Of a stretch of 64,000 bases of DNA, positions 38,812 to 48,275 are shown piece after piece; within the stretch, counting starts at the first letter, position 1, and each line of letters starts with the position of its first letter. Under the pieces are notes generated by a model. The model worked only from the letters and a program-made list of their open reading frames with translations. It ran no database searches and was not told the origin of the DNA. A program made the position numbers and the translations under genes. The stretch lies in assembly GCA_035935655.1 (NCBI GenBank), contig DASYWW010000062.1, positions 203,859-267,858 of the forward strand, written 5' to 3'. The stretch comes from Candidatus Bathyarchaeia archaeon (GTDB lineage: Archaea > Thermoproteota > Bathyarchaeia > 40CM-2-53-6).

Positions 38812-40446
38812 GTGAAAACCCCTACTCTCAGGGTTCTCTTAGTCATCCTCGGCATCATGCTGGGCCTGCAATCATCTATTGTTCTGGGCCACAACTCTTT
38901 GATAATAACCTCCAACTCGGCCCTATTACCTCAACCAATCAGGCAAGGACCCCTTCAAGCCACCTATGCTCTTGGAGGATACTATTGGTTCCAGATCGGA
39001 GCCATTGGTGACAGCAACAGCTACAACGTTGACGGCGCAAGCATTACGATTAGAACAGTCTATGACCAAGTTCGGAATGATGCTCATTCTTACTGGGTAG
39101 GCACTCTACTAGTGACCGGGGGGTTCGTCCAAGTAGGATATCTCAACGGGCTGAGCACCACCGGCCAACCATATTGTTGCGCGTGGTTTTTCGAAACCTT
39201 CTACACACCAAACTGTGACTGTCCCCCCATAATCGGCCCCGAAGGGTCAGCCGGGCCTATTGGGTCCTGGCACACATACTCAATGGTCCATACCAGCAAC
39301 GGTGTATGGTCTTTCTACATGGATGGCAATCTTCTGGGAAATTCACCTCCCCCTTCGGACAAGAACTACCTTGGAGCCGGAGCAACCAATTCGGGCAACC
39401 AGGCCCCAGCAGGAATTGCTGAAGTAGCTCAAGCAACAGACAACAAGGACATAATCGGCCCCACTGAGTTCAAAGATCTAGAAATACGTCAGACAGGTCT
39501 CTGGCACCAGATGACAAATGGAGTAAGCCACTGTTGTTATGGCTACAGCAGTCAGACCGGCTTGCCTAACCTGTATGGAGTTGCGGAGGTTGAAGGCCTC
39601 AGAGATGATTTCCTCGCTGGAAGCAACATTCGTCAACCATCCTCTGCCACGACCCTCTGGCCGACGTCTGTTCCTTCTTCAATCAAGACTTCTTTCAACT
39701 TCATCGATCGCAGCGGAGGCCCTTTTACCCCCGATTGGATTTCCCTGCAAGACCTAGGCAATGGTAATGTCATCTACTACACCGGCTACGCGGCCCAAGA
39801 CATCCCTCCGTCTAGTAGCGGCACCTACAGGATCATCTTTGCATCATGGCATGGAGTCAATGTCGTGCGCAATTCTCTGGCATCTGACTCGGCGACAAGT
39901 CAGACAATTCAGGGAGATGTCTTCTCCATTCCCGTCCATGTGGTCGGTCGATTCTACTCTCTTCCGGTCAGCGGAGCAACCGTTCTCACCTTCCTCCCTG
40001 ACTCGACCAATGAGACTGTGAGGACGGACTCGGAAGGAAATGCAACTCTAGTGCAATTGCCTCCGGGAAACTATAGTCTGCGAGTAGCAGTCCCCTACGG
40101 GGTGCAGTCCCTCTTGAGGACGAGCGTGGCGGGACCCGCGAACATCTCTGTCGCTGTCTTCAGCATCGCAGAACTTCTCACTCTGATCATCCCACCGATC
40201 ACTGCTGCTGTAGCTGTTGTCTTCGTAGCCGTGAGAAGAGAACATGCTCGCCGGGTCGCCATGCCAACGATGCCGTTTACAACGCCATTTCCCACGACAA
40301 CCCTGACCGCCTACTGTGGAGCTTGTGGAAAGCTTCTCGGTCCAGCGGAACTATTCTGCATGACCTGTGGAACGCCTAGGGCTGGGTCTCCACAGCCATC
40401 TCCCGCTCAGCAATTGCCTCCATCATCTTCGGCCCCGTCCCCATGA
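38812..40446 (+). CDS. Secreted, membrane-anchored surface protein (signal peptide, large ectodomain, one TM) with a cytoplasmic C-terminal zinc ribbon and Pro/Ser-rich tail
   Basis: Signal peptide MKTPTLRVLLVILGIMLGLQSSIVLG; TM ...IIPPITAAVAVVFVAV followed by RREHARR; then YCGACGKLLGPAELFCMTCGTP. Confidence 0.6.
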   Translation: MKTPTLRVLLVILGIMLGLQSSIVLGHNSLIITSNSALLPQPIRQGPLQATYALGGYYWFQIGAIGDSNSYNVDGASITIRTVYDQVRNDAHSYWVGTLLVTGGFVQVGYLNGLSTTGQPYCCAWFFETFYTPNCDCPPIIGPEGSAGPIGSWHTYSMVHTSNGVWSFYMDGNLLGNSPPPSDKNYLGAGATNSGNQAPAGIAEVAQATDNKDIIGPTEFKDLEIRQTGLWHQMTNGVSHCCYGYSSQTGLPNLYGVAEVEGLRDDFLAGSNIRQPSSATTLWPTSVPSSIKTSFNFIDRSGGPFTPDWISLQDLGNGNVIYYTGYAAQDIPPSSSGTYRIIFASWHGVNVVRNSLASDSATSQTIQGDVFSIPVHVVGRFYSLPVSGATVLTFLPDSTNETVRTDSEGNATLVQLPPGNYSLRVAVPYGVQSLLRTSVAGPANISVAVFSIAELLTLIIPPITAAVAVVFVAVRREHARRVAMPTMPFTTPFPTTTLTAYCGACGKLLGPAELFCMTCGTPRAGSPQPSPAQQLPPSSSAPSP

Positions 40447-40515
40447 TCACAACGAGCATCTTCATCGCGGAAGTCTTATAGTAAACACGCTCGTGCGGTC
40501 GATTCCGATAGATTC

Positions 40516-41667
40516 TTGCCTCAACGAATCGGAATAGTAGGCGTCGGATATTCAGGCTTCGATTCGATGACTCCTGGCCTCTCAACCCGGGAGCTTATGT
40601 TCGAGGCTGCCACTCGCGCGTATGAGGATGTCGGAATAGACCCTCGGAAAGACGTTCAGAGCTTCGTCTGTTGCACCGAAGATTTCTGGGAAGGAATTAG
40701 CATAACTGACGAGTACATGCCCGACCAGTTAGGCGCAGTTCTGAGACCGCTCTGCACGATATCATCTGATGGAATTGTTGGGCTAGCAACGGCGTGTATG
40801 CATATTATGTCGGGCATAGCCGACGTTGCGGTTGTAGAGTCTCACAGCAAGATCTCAGACGTTCTGAATCCTAGCGAGATCTCGAGCTTTGCCCTGGACC
40901 CGATCTATGATCATCACGTCAACGCGGACCCGAGATTTGTGGCCGGGTTAGAAATGGTTCGCTATCTGAAAGACACGGCTACAAAAAGAGAATATTGTGC
41001 TCAGGTCGCCGTCAAGAACAAGAAAAACGCGCTCTTGAACCCTCGCGGAGTTCACGGAGCAAATCTGAACAAGGACGCGGTGCTCAACTCGAAGGTTGCA
41101 TCTTCACCCCTCACCGAGCTGGAATCGAGCAAAGCTATCGATGGAAGCATCGTTTTCGTACTAGCCTCAGCCCAAAAGGCCAAGAAGCTTGGCGACCATA
41201 CTGTCTGGATAAACGGGATCGGCTGGAGCTCTGACACGCCATGGATAGAGGATCGAGACATGGCAAAGGCCTCATACGCGGAACAATCGGCGGCCCGTGC
41301 GTACAAGATGGCGGGCGTACGGAACCCTCCAACGTACTTTGATCTCGCCGAGGTTGATGATACTTATTCCTACAAGGAGCTTCAGAGCCTCGAAGCCCTC
41401 AGACTAGCCGCAAAGGGCAAGGCCGGCAAGATGGCCGAGTCAGGCACTTTCGATAGAGATGGACGGTTGCCAGTGAACGCGTCTGGCGGGTCTCTTGGGG
41501 TTGGCCATCTATTAGAGGCGACTGGTCTTCATCGAGTTCTCGAGGCCGTTCTTCAACTCAGGGGACAAGCGGGACGGTTGCAGATTCCAAGAGTGAAGAA
41601 AGCTGTGGTCCAGAGCTGGAGAGGAATACCGACCGCGACCGGAGCCGTGGCGGTACTAGGGAACTAG
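40516..41667 (+). CDS. Thiolase-like protein (SCP-x/nonspecific lipid-transfer-protein-type acetyl-CoA C-acyltransferase family), partner of DUF35 proteins
   Basis: Thiolase fold similarity (GIVGVGYSGF...; ACMHI Cys region; C-terminal GGSLGVGHLLEATG). Confidence 0.8.
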   Translation: MPQRIGIVGVGYSGFDSMTPGLSTRELMFEAATRAYEDVGIDPRKDVQSFVCCTEDFWEGISITDEYMPDQLGAVLRPLCTISSDGIVGLATACMHIMSGIADVAVVESHSKISDVLNPSEISSFALDPIYDHHVNADPRFVAGLEMVRYLKDTATKREYCAQVAVKNKKNALLNPRGVHGANLNKDAVLNSKVASSPLTELESSKAIDGSIVFVLASAQKAKKLGDHTVWINGIGWSSDTPWIEDRDMAKASYAEQSAARAYKMAGVRNPPTYFDLAEVDDTYSYKELQSLEALRLAAKGKAGKMAESGTFDRDGRLPVNASGGSLGVGHLLEATGLHRVLEAVLQLRGQAGRLQIPRVKKAVVQSWRGIPTATGAVAVLGN

Positions 41668-41680
41668 GAGGAATCTGGAA

Positions 41681-42841
41681 ATGAAAAATCGTGTAGCTAT
41701 CGTTGGAGCAGGCATGACACTATTCAGACGCCGAATGCTCGAAAGCCCGAAAGAACTCTCTTTCGAAGCGACAAGAATGGCGCTCGACTCGGCGGGGCTT
41801 GAACTGAAAGACATCCAATCTGTGGTGTCCGGCTCGGCACCTGACGCGTTCGATGGCATACACATGAAAGGAGAATATCTTCTAGACGGGACGGGCGGAA
41901 TTGGCAAGCCCAACCAGCGAGTCTACGTCGGAGGTGGAACCGGAGTCTTCACACCGATCGGCGGATGGTGGAATGTTGCGTCGGGAATGTACGATACTTG
42001 TCTCTGCGTGGCCGAAGAGAAAATGTCGCCCCTGCATCCTCATCCTCAGTATGCGTTCTGGAGCATCTTCGATCAGATTCTGGAAAGGCCTCTCGGAACT
42101 ACATTGCTTTGGATTTTCTCTTTGGAGATGAGACGATACATGCACAAGTACGGAATCAAGGAGGAAGAGATCGCAAGTGTCGCGGTGAAGAACAAAGGAA
42201 ACGCCGTCGATCATCCCTGCGCACAACTGGGCGCCAAGATCACCGTTGAAGACGTCATGAACTCTGAGCCGATCTGTTGGCCCGTCAAACGACTGGACGT
42301 GAGTCCTCCTAGTGACGGTGCTGCCGCGGTGGTGTTAGCTTCCGAGAAAGTTGCGAAGAAACTAACAGACCAGCCTGTCTGGCTTGACGGAGTTGGCTGG
42401 ACTCTAGACACGACGCACTGGACGAACCGTGACTTGGCATATCCAGAGTACGTTGAGAAGGCCGCCTGGATGGCCTACAAGATGGCAGGGATCAAGAAGC
42501 CGAAGAAGGAGATCGATATCGCCGAAGTCTACGACCCATTCGACTACAAAGAACTCCATCACATGGAGGGACTCCAGCTCGCAGGCAAAGGAGAAGCTCC
42601 CAAGATGGCCGTTGACGGTGTAACCCAACGAGACGGTGATCTGCCGGTTTGTCCATCCGGAGGACTCTTAGGGGTTGGCAACCCCATCGCTGCGGCCGGA
42701 ATGATGAAGATCTGTGAGGTCTTTTGGCAGCTCCGCGGAGAAGCAGGGAAGCGACAGGTGAAGAAGGATGCTCGAACAGGCCTGGCCCAAGCCTGGGGCG
42801 ACCTAATGCAGGTTGGAACGGTCGCAGTAATGAGGTCCTAA
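41681..42841 (+). CDS. Second thiolase-like protein (SCP-x type)
   Basis: Paralogous to 40516..41667 (VAIVGAGMT..., C-terminal PSGGLLGVGNPIAAAG). SD-like GGAGG lies 9 nt upstream. Confidence 0.8.
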   Translation: MKNRVAIVGAGMTLFRRRMLESPKELSFEATRMALDSAGLELKDIQSVVSGSAPDAFDGIHMKGEYLLDGTGGIGKPNQRVYVGGGTGVFTPIGGWWNVASGMYDTCLCVAEEKMSPLHPHPQYAFWSIFDQILERPLGTTLLWIFSLEMRRYMHKYGIKEEEIASVAVKNKGNAVDHPCAQLGAKITVEDVMNSEPICWPVKRLDVSPPSDGAAAVVLASEKVAKKLTDQPVWLDGVGWTLDTTHWTNRDLAYPEYVEKAAWMAYKMAGIKKPKKEIDIAEVYDPFDYKELHHMEGLQLAGKGEAPKMAVDGVTQRDGDLPVCPSGGLLGVGNPIAAAGMMKICEVFWQLRGEAGKRQVKKDARTGLAQAWGDLMQVGTVAVMRS

Positions 42842-42856
42842 AGGAAACATAAGAAA

Positions 42857-43372
42857 TTGTCCAAGAAAATCACAAGCTACCCAGGCCACGAAATTACACC
42901 CGAGGATGTCAAAGAAGGAAAATACCTCGACGTCGTCTACAAGTTCGAGCCCAAATACAGTTGGGCCGCAGGAGTGGCAATCAGCCGGTTCTTGGCCGAG
43001 CTGAAAGAAGGAAGAATAATCGCTAGGAAGTGTATGAATTGCAAACGGATTCTTGTACCACCGAGAATGTACTGCGAGCAATGTTTCCGGCCAACCGACG
43101 AATGGGTCCAGATCAAGGACACGGGAACCATCAACACCTATTCCATATCGCACGTAGGAACGGACGCTCGACGATTGAAAACACCAATACTAGTTGCTGT
43201 GGTTGATCTCGACGGCGCGACTCCTGGAATGGGAATACTGCACAACCTAGGAGAAGTTGAGCCCTCGAAAATCAACGTAGGCATGAAAGTCAAAGCCGTA
43301 TGGAAATCGTCCAGCGAACGACAAGGAGCGATTACAGACATCCGCTACTTCAAACCGATAGGAGACCAGTAA
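42857..43372 (+). CDS. DUF35 OB-fold/zinc-ribbon protein (thiolase/HMG-CoA-synthase-associated, BbsA/ChsH2-like)
   Basis: CxxC...CxxC rubredoxin-like zinc ribbon (CMNCKRILVPPRMYCEQC) followed by an OB-fold. Confidence 0.8.
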   Translation: MSKKITSYPGHEITPEDVKEGKYLDVVYKFEPKYSWAAGVAISRFLAELKEGRIIARKCMNCKRILVPPRMYCEQCFRPTDEWVQIKDTGTINTYSISHVGTDARRLKTPILVAVVDLDGATPGMGILHNLGEVEPSKINVGMKVKAVWKSSSERQGAITDIRYFKPIGDQ

Positions 43373-43375
43373 GAC

Positions 43376-44137
43376 ATGCCAATCTTAGAGAAACTCGTTC
43401 AACCCGGGCAAGCTCGCCACTGGACAGACAGCATACCTCTCGAATACCACTACACTGCGGGAGTTGCAGGAGAGGAATTTCGGCGTGAACTCAAGGAGAA
43501 CGGTCGCTTCCTTGTATCGAAGTGCTCCAAATGCAAGAGTACCTACATTCCGGCCAGAACGTACTGTCCTGGCTGTTTCATCGAGATGAAAGACCAGTTC
43601 CCAATCGACAAGCCAGGTTACGTGTACAGCTTTACCTCAGTCAACTCGGACAGATCGGCGGCTGACGCCAACCCGCCGATAACAGTGGGCCTTGTGAAGT
43701 TCGAGGGCCTCAAGGGGGGAATAGTCCACCTGCTTGACGTAGATCACCCTGATCGAGTGTCTATCGGGATGAAAGTAACGCCATCTCTCAAGAACCCGTC
43801 AGAGCGAACAGGCGCTATGACCGATATCCTCGCCTTCAAACCAGTCTCGACGGGGCTAAACGACAAGACAGCTGAAGTCGGGAAAACAGGAAGATGGGAG
43901 GTCACTGCGGGAGAGAATCAGGCTCGGTCTCTTCTCCATTCTATCGAAGAGTCGGGATACCCCATTGAGGAGGACGAGATGACAATATCCTCGCTAAGGA
44001 GTAAGATAGGAAAAGGAGAACTTCTCACGCGCGAAGAAGACAGGCTGCTACACAGACTTGGGGAGAAAGCGAGAGAATGGCGGAAAGCCGTAAAGAGCTC
44101 ATCTGATACGGAACCAGCTGACACCCTCTCAGGCTAA
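43376..44137 (+). CDS. Second DUF35 OB-fold/zinc-ribbon protein with an extra C-terminal extension of about 110 aa
   Basis: CSKCKSTYIPARTYCPGC plus OB-fold, then a charged helical tail not present in the first DUF35 protein. Confidence 0.75.
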   Translation: MPILEKLVQPGQARHWTDSIPLEYHYTAGVAGEEFRRELKENGRFLVSKCSKCKSTYIPARTYCPGCFIEMKDQFPIDKPGYVYSFTSVNSDRSAADANPPITVGLVKFEGLKGGIVHLLDVDHPDRVSIGMKVTPSLKNPSERTGAMTDILAFKPVSTGLNDKTAEVGKTGRWEVTAGENQARSLLHSIEESGYPIEEDEMTISSLRSKIGKGELLTREEDRLLHRLGEKAREWRKAVKSSSDTEPADTLSG

Positions 44138-44224
44138 CCCAGACCAACCACTTCTTCTGCAACCGTCAGGCCCGACTTTACGGCTTAAGTCGTGAGCGCA
44201 GCATTTCCTACAGGGGGTAGAGTC

Positions 44225-45370
44225 TTAGAATCGATAATTCATCCAGTAGTCTTCCAGCTTCGTCTTCTCAACCTGCCACTTTCGACGGGGCGGGTGAAAC
44301 TCCAGTCTTGGAGGGTTCGAGAGAAATTCTCCCCGAAGCATCGCACTTTCTCCCCTATTCACTTCGAGAAAGCATGATCCAGTTCCGTCCCATATTTTTC
44401 GTTCTCCTTTCCCTGTGATCGACATTGCAATGTTATTCGCGACAACCTCAGCGTGGCCAAGCGCGAACGATCCCGACTTCGGCAGAAATGGAACATGTGC
44501 ATGAGGCGTTTCAATCGCAGTTACATCTCCGATAGCGTAGACCTTCTCAAGCCTAGTAGCCAATGTCTGCGGGCTCACAGGCACCCAGCCAGACGAATCG
44601 GTCAGTCCAGCCTCGACCACGGCACCAGGACACTTATGAGGCGGAACAACGATCAGCAGATCGTACGGGAGCTCTGTTTTTCCCTCGAAAACCACCTTGT
44701 CCTTGTCCACCTTGGAAAGCTTGACTTTCGGGTGAAATGTTATTCCCTTTGAGGCCAGAAGCCTCTCCACCTGTTTACCGATTACAGGACCCGCGGCAGG
44801 AGCTGGATGCGGCTCCGGACTGAAAAACTCCACAGCAACTTTCTTTTTCGCTCTTGCAAAGTTGTCCTGCAAAAGCAAAGCCAAGCCATATGGCGCGACA
44901 GGACACTTGATAGGCAATCGTGATATTCCGATCAGCAGCCTTCCCCTCTCAAGATTCTCTATCGCATCTCGCAGCTTCATTGCAGATTCGAAATCGTAAA
45001 ACTGGTAAGCGTACTTCTCTAAACCCGGAACATCGCCCGGCGAATAATCCACGCCCATGGATATCACAAGGTGATCGTACTGAAACTCTTGCGATTCCGT
45101 TCTGATCCTCTTCGAGGAAGTATCAATCGAACTAACCCGATCGTTCACCAACCGGACTCTCCGCTTTTTCGGAATCGAAAGAGCGCGTCGAACTTTTCCA
45201 GGCTCGCGTCGACCCATTGCCAGTAGTGAGAAGGAGGGGGGGAATTCGAAGATTTTTTTCTGTTCTACTATCGTAATCGATGCTGATGGAGCCTTCTCGG
45301 CCAAGATGCTTGATGTTGCGAGGCCTCCCATTCCGCAACCTAAGACGACGACTTTATCGTTGGTTGACAA
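44225..45370 (-). CDS. FAD-dependent pyridine-nucleotide-disulfide oxidoreductase, sulfide:quinone oxidoreductase (SQR)-like
   Basis: N-terminal FAD site VVVLGCGMGGLA. Cysteines near residues 157 (KCPVAPYG) and 346 (GSCFLE) lie where SQR redox cysteines are expected. Length 381 aa. Confidence 0.55.
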   Translation of the reverse strand: MSTNDKVVVLGCGMGGLATSSILAEKAPSASITIVEQKKIFEFPPSFSLLAMGRREPGKVRRALSIPKKRRVRLVNDRVSSIDTSSKRIRTESQEFQYDHLVISMGVDYSPGDVPGLEKYAYQFYDFESAMKLRDAIENLERGRLLIGISRLPIKCPVAPYGLALLLQDNFARAKKKVAVEFFSPEPHPAPAAGPVIGKQVERLLASKGITFHPKVKLSKVDKDKVVFEGKTELPYDLLIVVPPHKCPGAVVEAGLTDSSGWVPVSPQTLATRLEKVYAIGDVTAIETPHAHVPFLPKSGSFALGHAEVVANNIAMSITGKGERKIWDGTGSCFLEVNRGESAMLRGEFLSNPPRLEFHPPRRKWQVEKTKLEDYWMNYRF

Positions 45371-45496
45371 CTTTGGCGATCAAGGCAGAGGAATTGGAAA
45401 GGCAATAACCCTTTGCGGAGCACAAGCTGATAGTTTGACTGCAGGCTATGCTACTAAGGTGTAGCTGGTTTTTCGTCTGAAGGGGTTGTCTTTTCG

Positions 45497-45709
45497 CTAG
45501 GATGCTGCTTCTATTGGATAGTCTCCGCGGTTTCTGACTATCCGGAGGAGGCGGAGTTGTTTCCTCGCTTCCTCGTAGCAGAAGTCGCACAATCGTACTG
45601 ATTTTTCGCCTGGCTCAGCCATGAACCAGGTCGTCTCTGAAGCTGGTTTGGAATCCTTGCAGTACGCGCACTCGACCTGTTCTCTCTCCAAGAGACTTGT
45701 CGCGCTCAT
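45497..45709 (-). CDS. Small zinc-ribbon protein (70 aa)
   Basis: CAYC...CDFC pattern. Confidence 0.3.
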   Translation of the reverse strand: MSATSLLEREQVECAYCKDSKPASETTWFMAEPGEKSVRLCDFCYEEARKQLRLLRIVRNRGDYPIEAAS

Positions 45710-45883
45710 ATCCAGGGAAGGATTAGGGTTCTGCCAGAAGATAAGCCTAGCTGAATCTCAACATACCCGTCCTTCCCAAGCCGTCACTATACTCTAAAGC
45801 AAGAACGCAGGAACGTGCTCGTCTAGAGGTGAGGAAGATCGGCTCCCAGAACTGGAATACTTGCAACAGTTCTCTCGGGGATA

Positions 45884-46702
45884 TTGTTCGGCACCACCGT
45901 GCCGATGATCAAGCTTGGGCTAAGTCTCCTTCCCGCGGATCTCTTCGTCGCCCTCCGATTTTCACTAGCTTCTGCTCTCGTTCTATTGTTTCTTCGTCGG
46001 AAAGGATGGGTTGACTGGACTCTTCTCCGAGCAAAGCCCATCTGGCTCGTGGGATTTTTCAACGCTTTCGGATATGTGCTGCAGTTTCAGGGACAGAGGT
46101 TCACAACGTCCGCTGATGCCGCTCTGATCATAGGTACAGCGGCACTGATGATCCCTGTCTTATCGTGGGCTCGCGGAATCGAGAAGATTGCCGCCAAGAA
46201 GGGTGTCGGGGTATTGGCAGGATTCGTCGGAGCGAGTTTAGTAGTGACGCGGGGTGAGGTGGTAAGCTTGGGCCAAGCAGAGTTTCTTGGCGATGTCCTG
46301 ATACTTGGTACTGCTGTCACTATAGCATTGGTCTTCATTTATTCTAAAGATCTCGTTGTCCGGAAGGGAGGACGAGCGGTCACTGGGGGTATGATCCTGA
46401 TCACGAGTGTCCTTCTTCTTCTCGCAATTCCCCTGGACCTAGGCAGCTCCGTTAATTTTGGTTGGGAAGCGGTCTTCTATGTTGTGTTCCTTGCTGTGGT
46501 TGCAACACTTGGAGCGTACTATTTCCTGATGAAAGGACTAGAAACAGTGTCTCCGACGGTATCCTCGATCATTCTCCCGATCGAGGTGATAGTTGCCGTC
46601 GCGTTATCAGTGATGATATTCAATGACCCATTCAACATCTACTCAGGAACGGGCGCCCTATTGATTGTCGCTGGCGTCTTACTAGTCTCGTCTTCTCTTT
46701 AG
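45884..46702 (+). CDS. EamA/DMT-superfamily transporter
   Basis: 10-TM pattern organised as two EamA-like repeats. Confidence 0.7.
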   Translation: MFGTTVPMIKLGLSLLPADLFVALRFSLASALVLLFLRRKGWVDWTLLRAKPIWLVGFFNAFGYVLQFQGQRFTTSADAALIIGTAALMIPVLSWARGIEKIAAKKGVGVLAGFVGASLVVTRGEVVSLGQAEFLGDVLILGTAVTIALVFIYSKDLVVRKGGRAVTGGMILITSVLLLLAIPLDLGSSVNFGWEAVFYVVFLAVVATLGAYYFLMKGLETVSPTVSSIILPIEVIVAVALSVMIFNDPFNIYSGTGALLIVAGVLLVSSSL

Positions 46703-46712
46703 AGCAGGCAGA

Positions 46713-47411
46713 TTACTGGTGGGCGCCGCAGGTAGGACAATTAGTCGCATTCGAATCCATTAGTCCGGTACAGTACTTGCAGCGGACCTTCACTGATGGT
46801 GCTTGCTGTTGTTGCGGTGGAACACCGTATCCTGGTTGACCATAGCCTTGGTAGCCTTGATTCATTGGCGGCATTCCATAGCCAGGATTTGGTTGATAGC
46901 CGGGGTTTGGTCCATAGCCTGCCGGCATTGGTCCCGGTCCATATCCCACGTTCATGGGCGGTCCATATGTGCTTGCTGGGACGAATGCGATTTGGGTCTC
47001 ATTGGTGAGGTCGGGTCTGCCATGTGTCTCTAAGACCGCTTTCAATAGGTTCTGAACAGAGGATCCGCCCCGGGTCGGTCTGCACGGAGGAATGCCGACG
47101 CTGAAAGGGAATGTTTGTGCTGGCCCCTTTCCGAAATCAGTTGGCCCGGTAACTTGCACATCACGTTGGTAGAGATTATTTGTGCGGCGCTGGTTCTCTT
47201 GGACTCTTTGGTTGTTGGGGAGAGTTATCCAGACCATCTCGTTCCAGCTTTCAACCACGCGCGCTTCTACCTTCACTCCTTTGGATTGGATGTATTCTTC
47301 TGCTTCGATGTTGATCTTACCCACAACCGGCTCCCCCTCTTGGAAGGTGGCCTTATCAAGGCTGATCCATATCTTACCTTTTGGATGAGTAAGGTGACTC
47401 AATAGGCCCAT
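46713..47411 (-). CDS. Protein with a beta-rich N-terminal domain, a Gly/Tyr/Pro/Gln-rich low-complexity region and a C-terminal zinc ribbon (232 aa)
   Basis: GYGPGPMPAGYGPNPGYQPNPGYGMPPMNQGYQGYGQPGYGVPPQQQ, followed by CKYCTGLMDSNATNCPTCGAHQ. Confidence 0.55.
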   Translation of the reverse strand: MGLLSHLTHPKGKIWISLDKATFQEGEPVVGKINIEAEEYIQSKGVKVEARVVESWNEMVWITLPNNQRVQENQRRTNNLYQRDVQVTGPTDFGKGPAQTFPFSVGIPPCRPTRGGSSVQNLLKAVLETHGRPDLTNETQIAFVPASTYGPPMNVGYGPGPMPAGYGPNPGYQPNPGYGMPPMNQGYQGYGQPGYGVPPQQQQAPSVKVRCKYCTGLMDSNATNCPTCGAHQ

Positions 47412-47606
47412 ACATGATCCTCCGAATGGATTCTATCACGCCCCTGTGAGCTATCAATCAAGCGTAACCAAACCGACATCTTAGGAGAAACAAAGCGGTC
47501 CTTCCCTGAAGACCACAAAAATCGGAATGGTTGACGCTGGCTCGATGTTATTGCTCGATATAGTAGTCGGCGTGTCAGAAGGTTTAATTTTTCCCTGACG
47601 CGCCGA

Positions 47607-48275
47607 GTGACTATAACTCAGCCTAATGGAATTCGGCGAGGGAAGGAAGGAGTGAATTTGGTGGGGGAGAAGAAGAGACACCTAGCGACTGAAACCGTAG
47701 AAGCTCAACCACCCTCCAAGAAACCGCGGGAAGGGGAAGACCCGGAGACTGTGTTGGCCGAGCTCAGGGCAGAGTTAGGGAAAGAGAAGGCGAAATCCGA
47801 GGATTATCTGCGGCGTCTGCAGTATCTTCAGGCCGATTTCGAAAACTACAGAAAGAGAGTAGAGAAGGAGATGTCCGACAACCGACAGTTCGGAAACCAG
47901 CGCCTCCTATCTGACCTCCTAGTGGTCAACGACGAGCTGGAGCTAGCGCTCAGAGAGGCGGAGGAGAGCAAGGAGAACCCGACAATAGTTGAGGGGGTCG
48001 AGATGGTCCACAAACGGTTACAGAGCATCCTGTCGAAAGAGGGTGTGGCGAAGATCCCGAGCCTTGGGTCAAAGTTCAACCCCGACCTCCACGACGCCGC
48101 GCTTCGAGTCCTGTCTGACAAGGAAGAGGGAACGATAATGGAGGAGATCCGGCAAGGATACACGTTGAAGGGCAAGGTTCTCCGGCCTAGCATTGTCAAG
48201 GTGGCGGAGAATTCGGCTGAGCGTGAGTCTAAATCCGAGAAGTCACCTCTAGAGGAGGTCGGGGACCATGAGTAA
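47607..48275 (+). CDS. grpE: Nucleotide exchange factor GrpE (start may lie a few codons downstream)
   Basis: GrpE coiled-coil region ([22 protein letters not shown]) and C-terminal beta-domain. It overlaps the dnaK start. Confidence 0.85.
   Translation: MTITQPNGIRRGKEGVNLVGEKKRHLATETVEAQPPSKKPREGEDPETVLAELRAELGKEKAKSEDYLRRLQYLQADFENYRKRVEKEMSDNRQFGNQRLLSDLLVVNDELELALREAEESKENPTIVEGVEMVHKRLQSILSKEGVAKIPSLGSKFNPDLHDAALRVLSDKEEGTIMEEIRQGYTLKGKVLRPSIVKVAENSAERESKSEKSPLEEVGDHE

Noticed and set aside
47481-47606. Possible CIRCE/HrcA operator upstream of grpE-dnaK-dnaJ
   Set aside because: No TTAGCACTC-N9-GAGTGCTAA-like inverted repeat is present, and no hrcA gene. This is consistent with an archaeal, horizontally acquired dnaK locus that lacks HrcA control.
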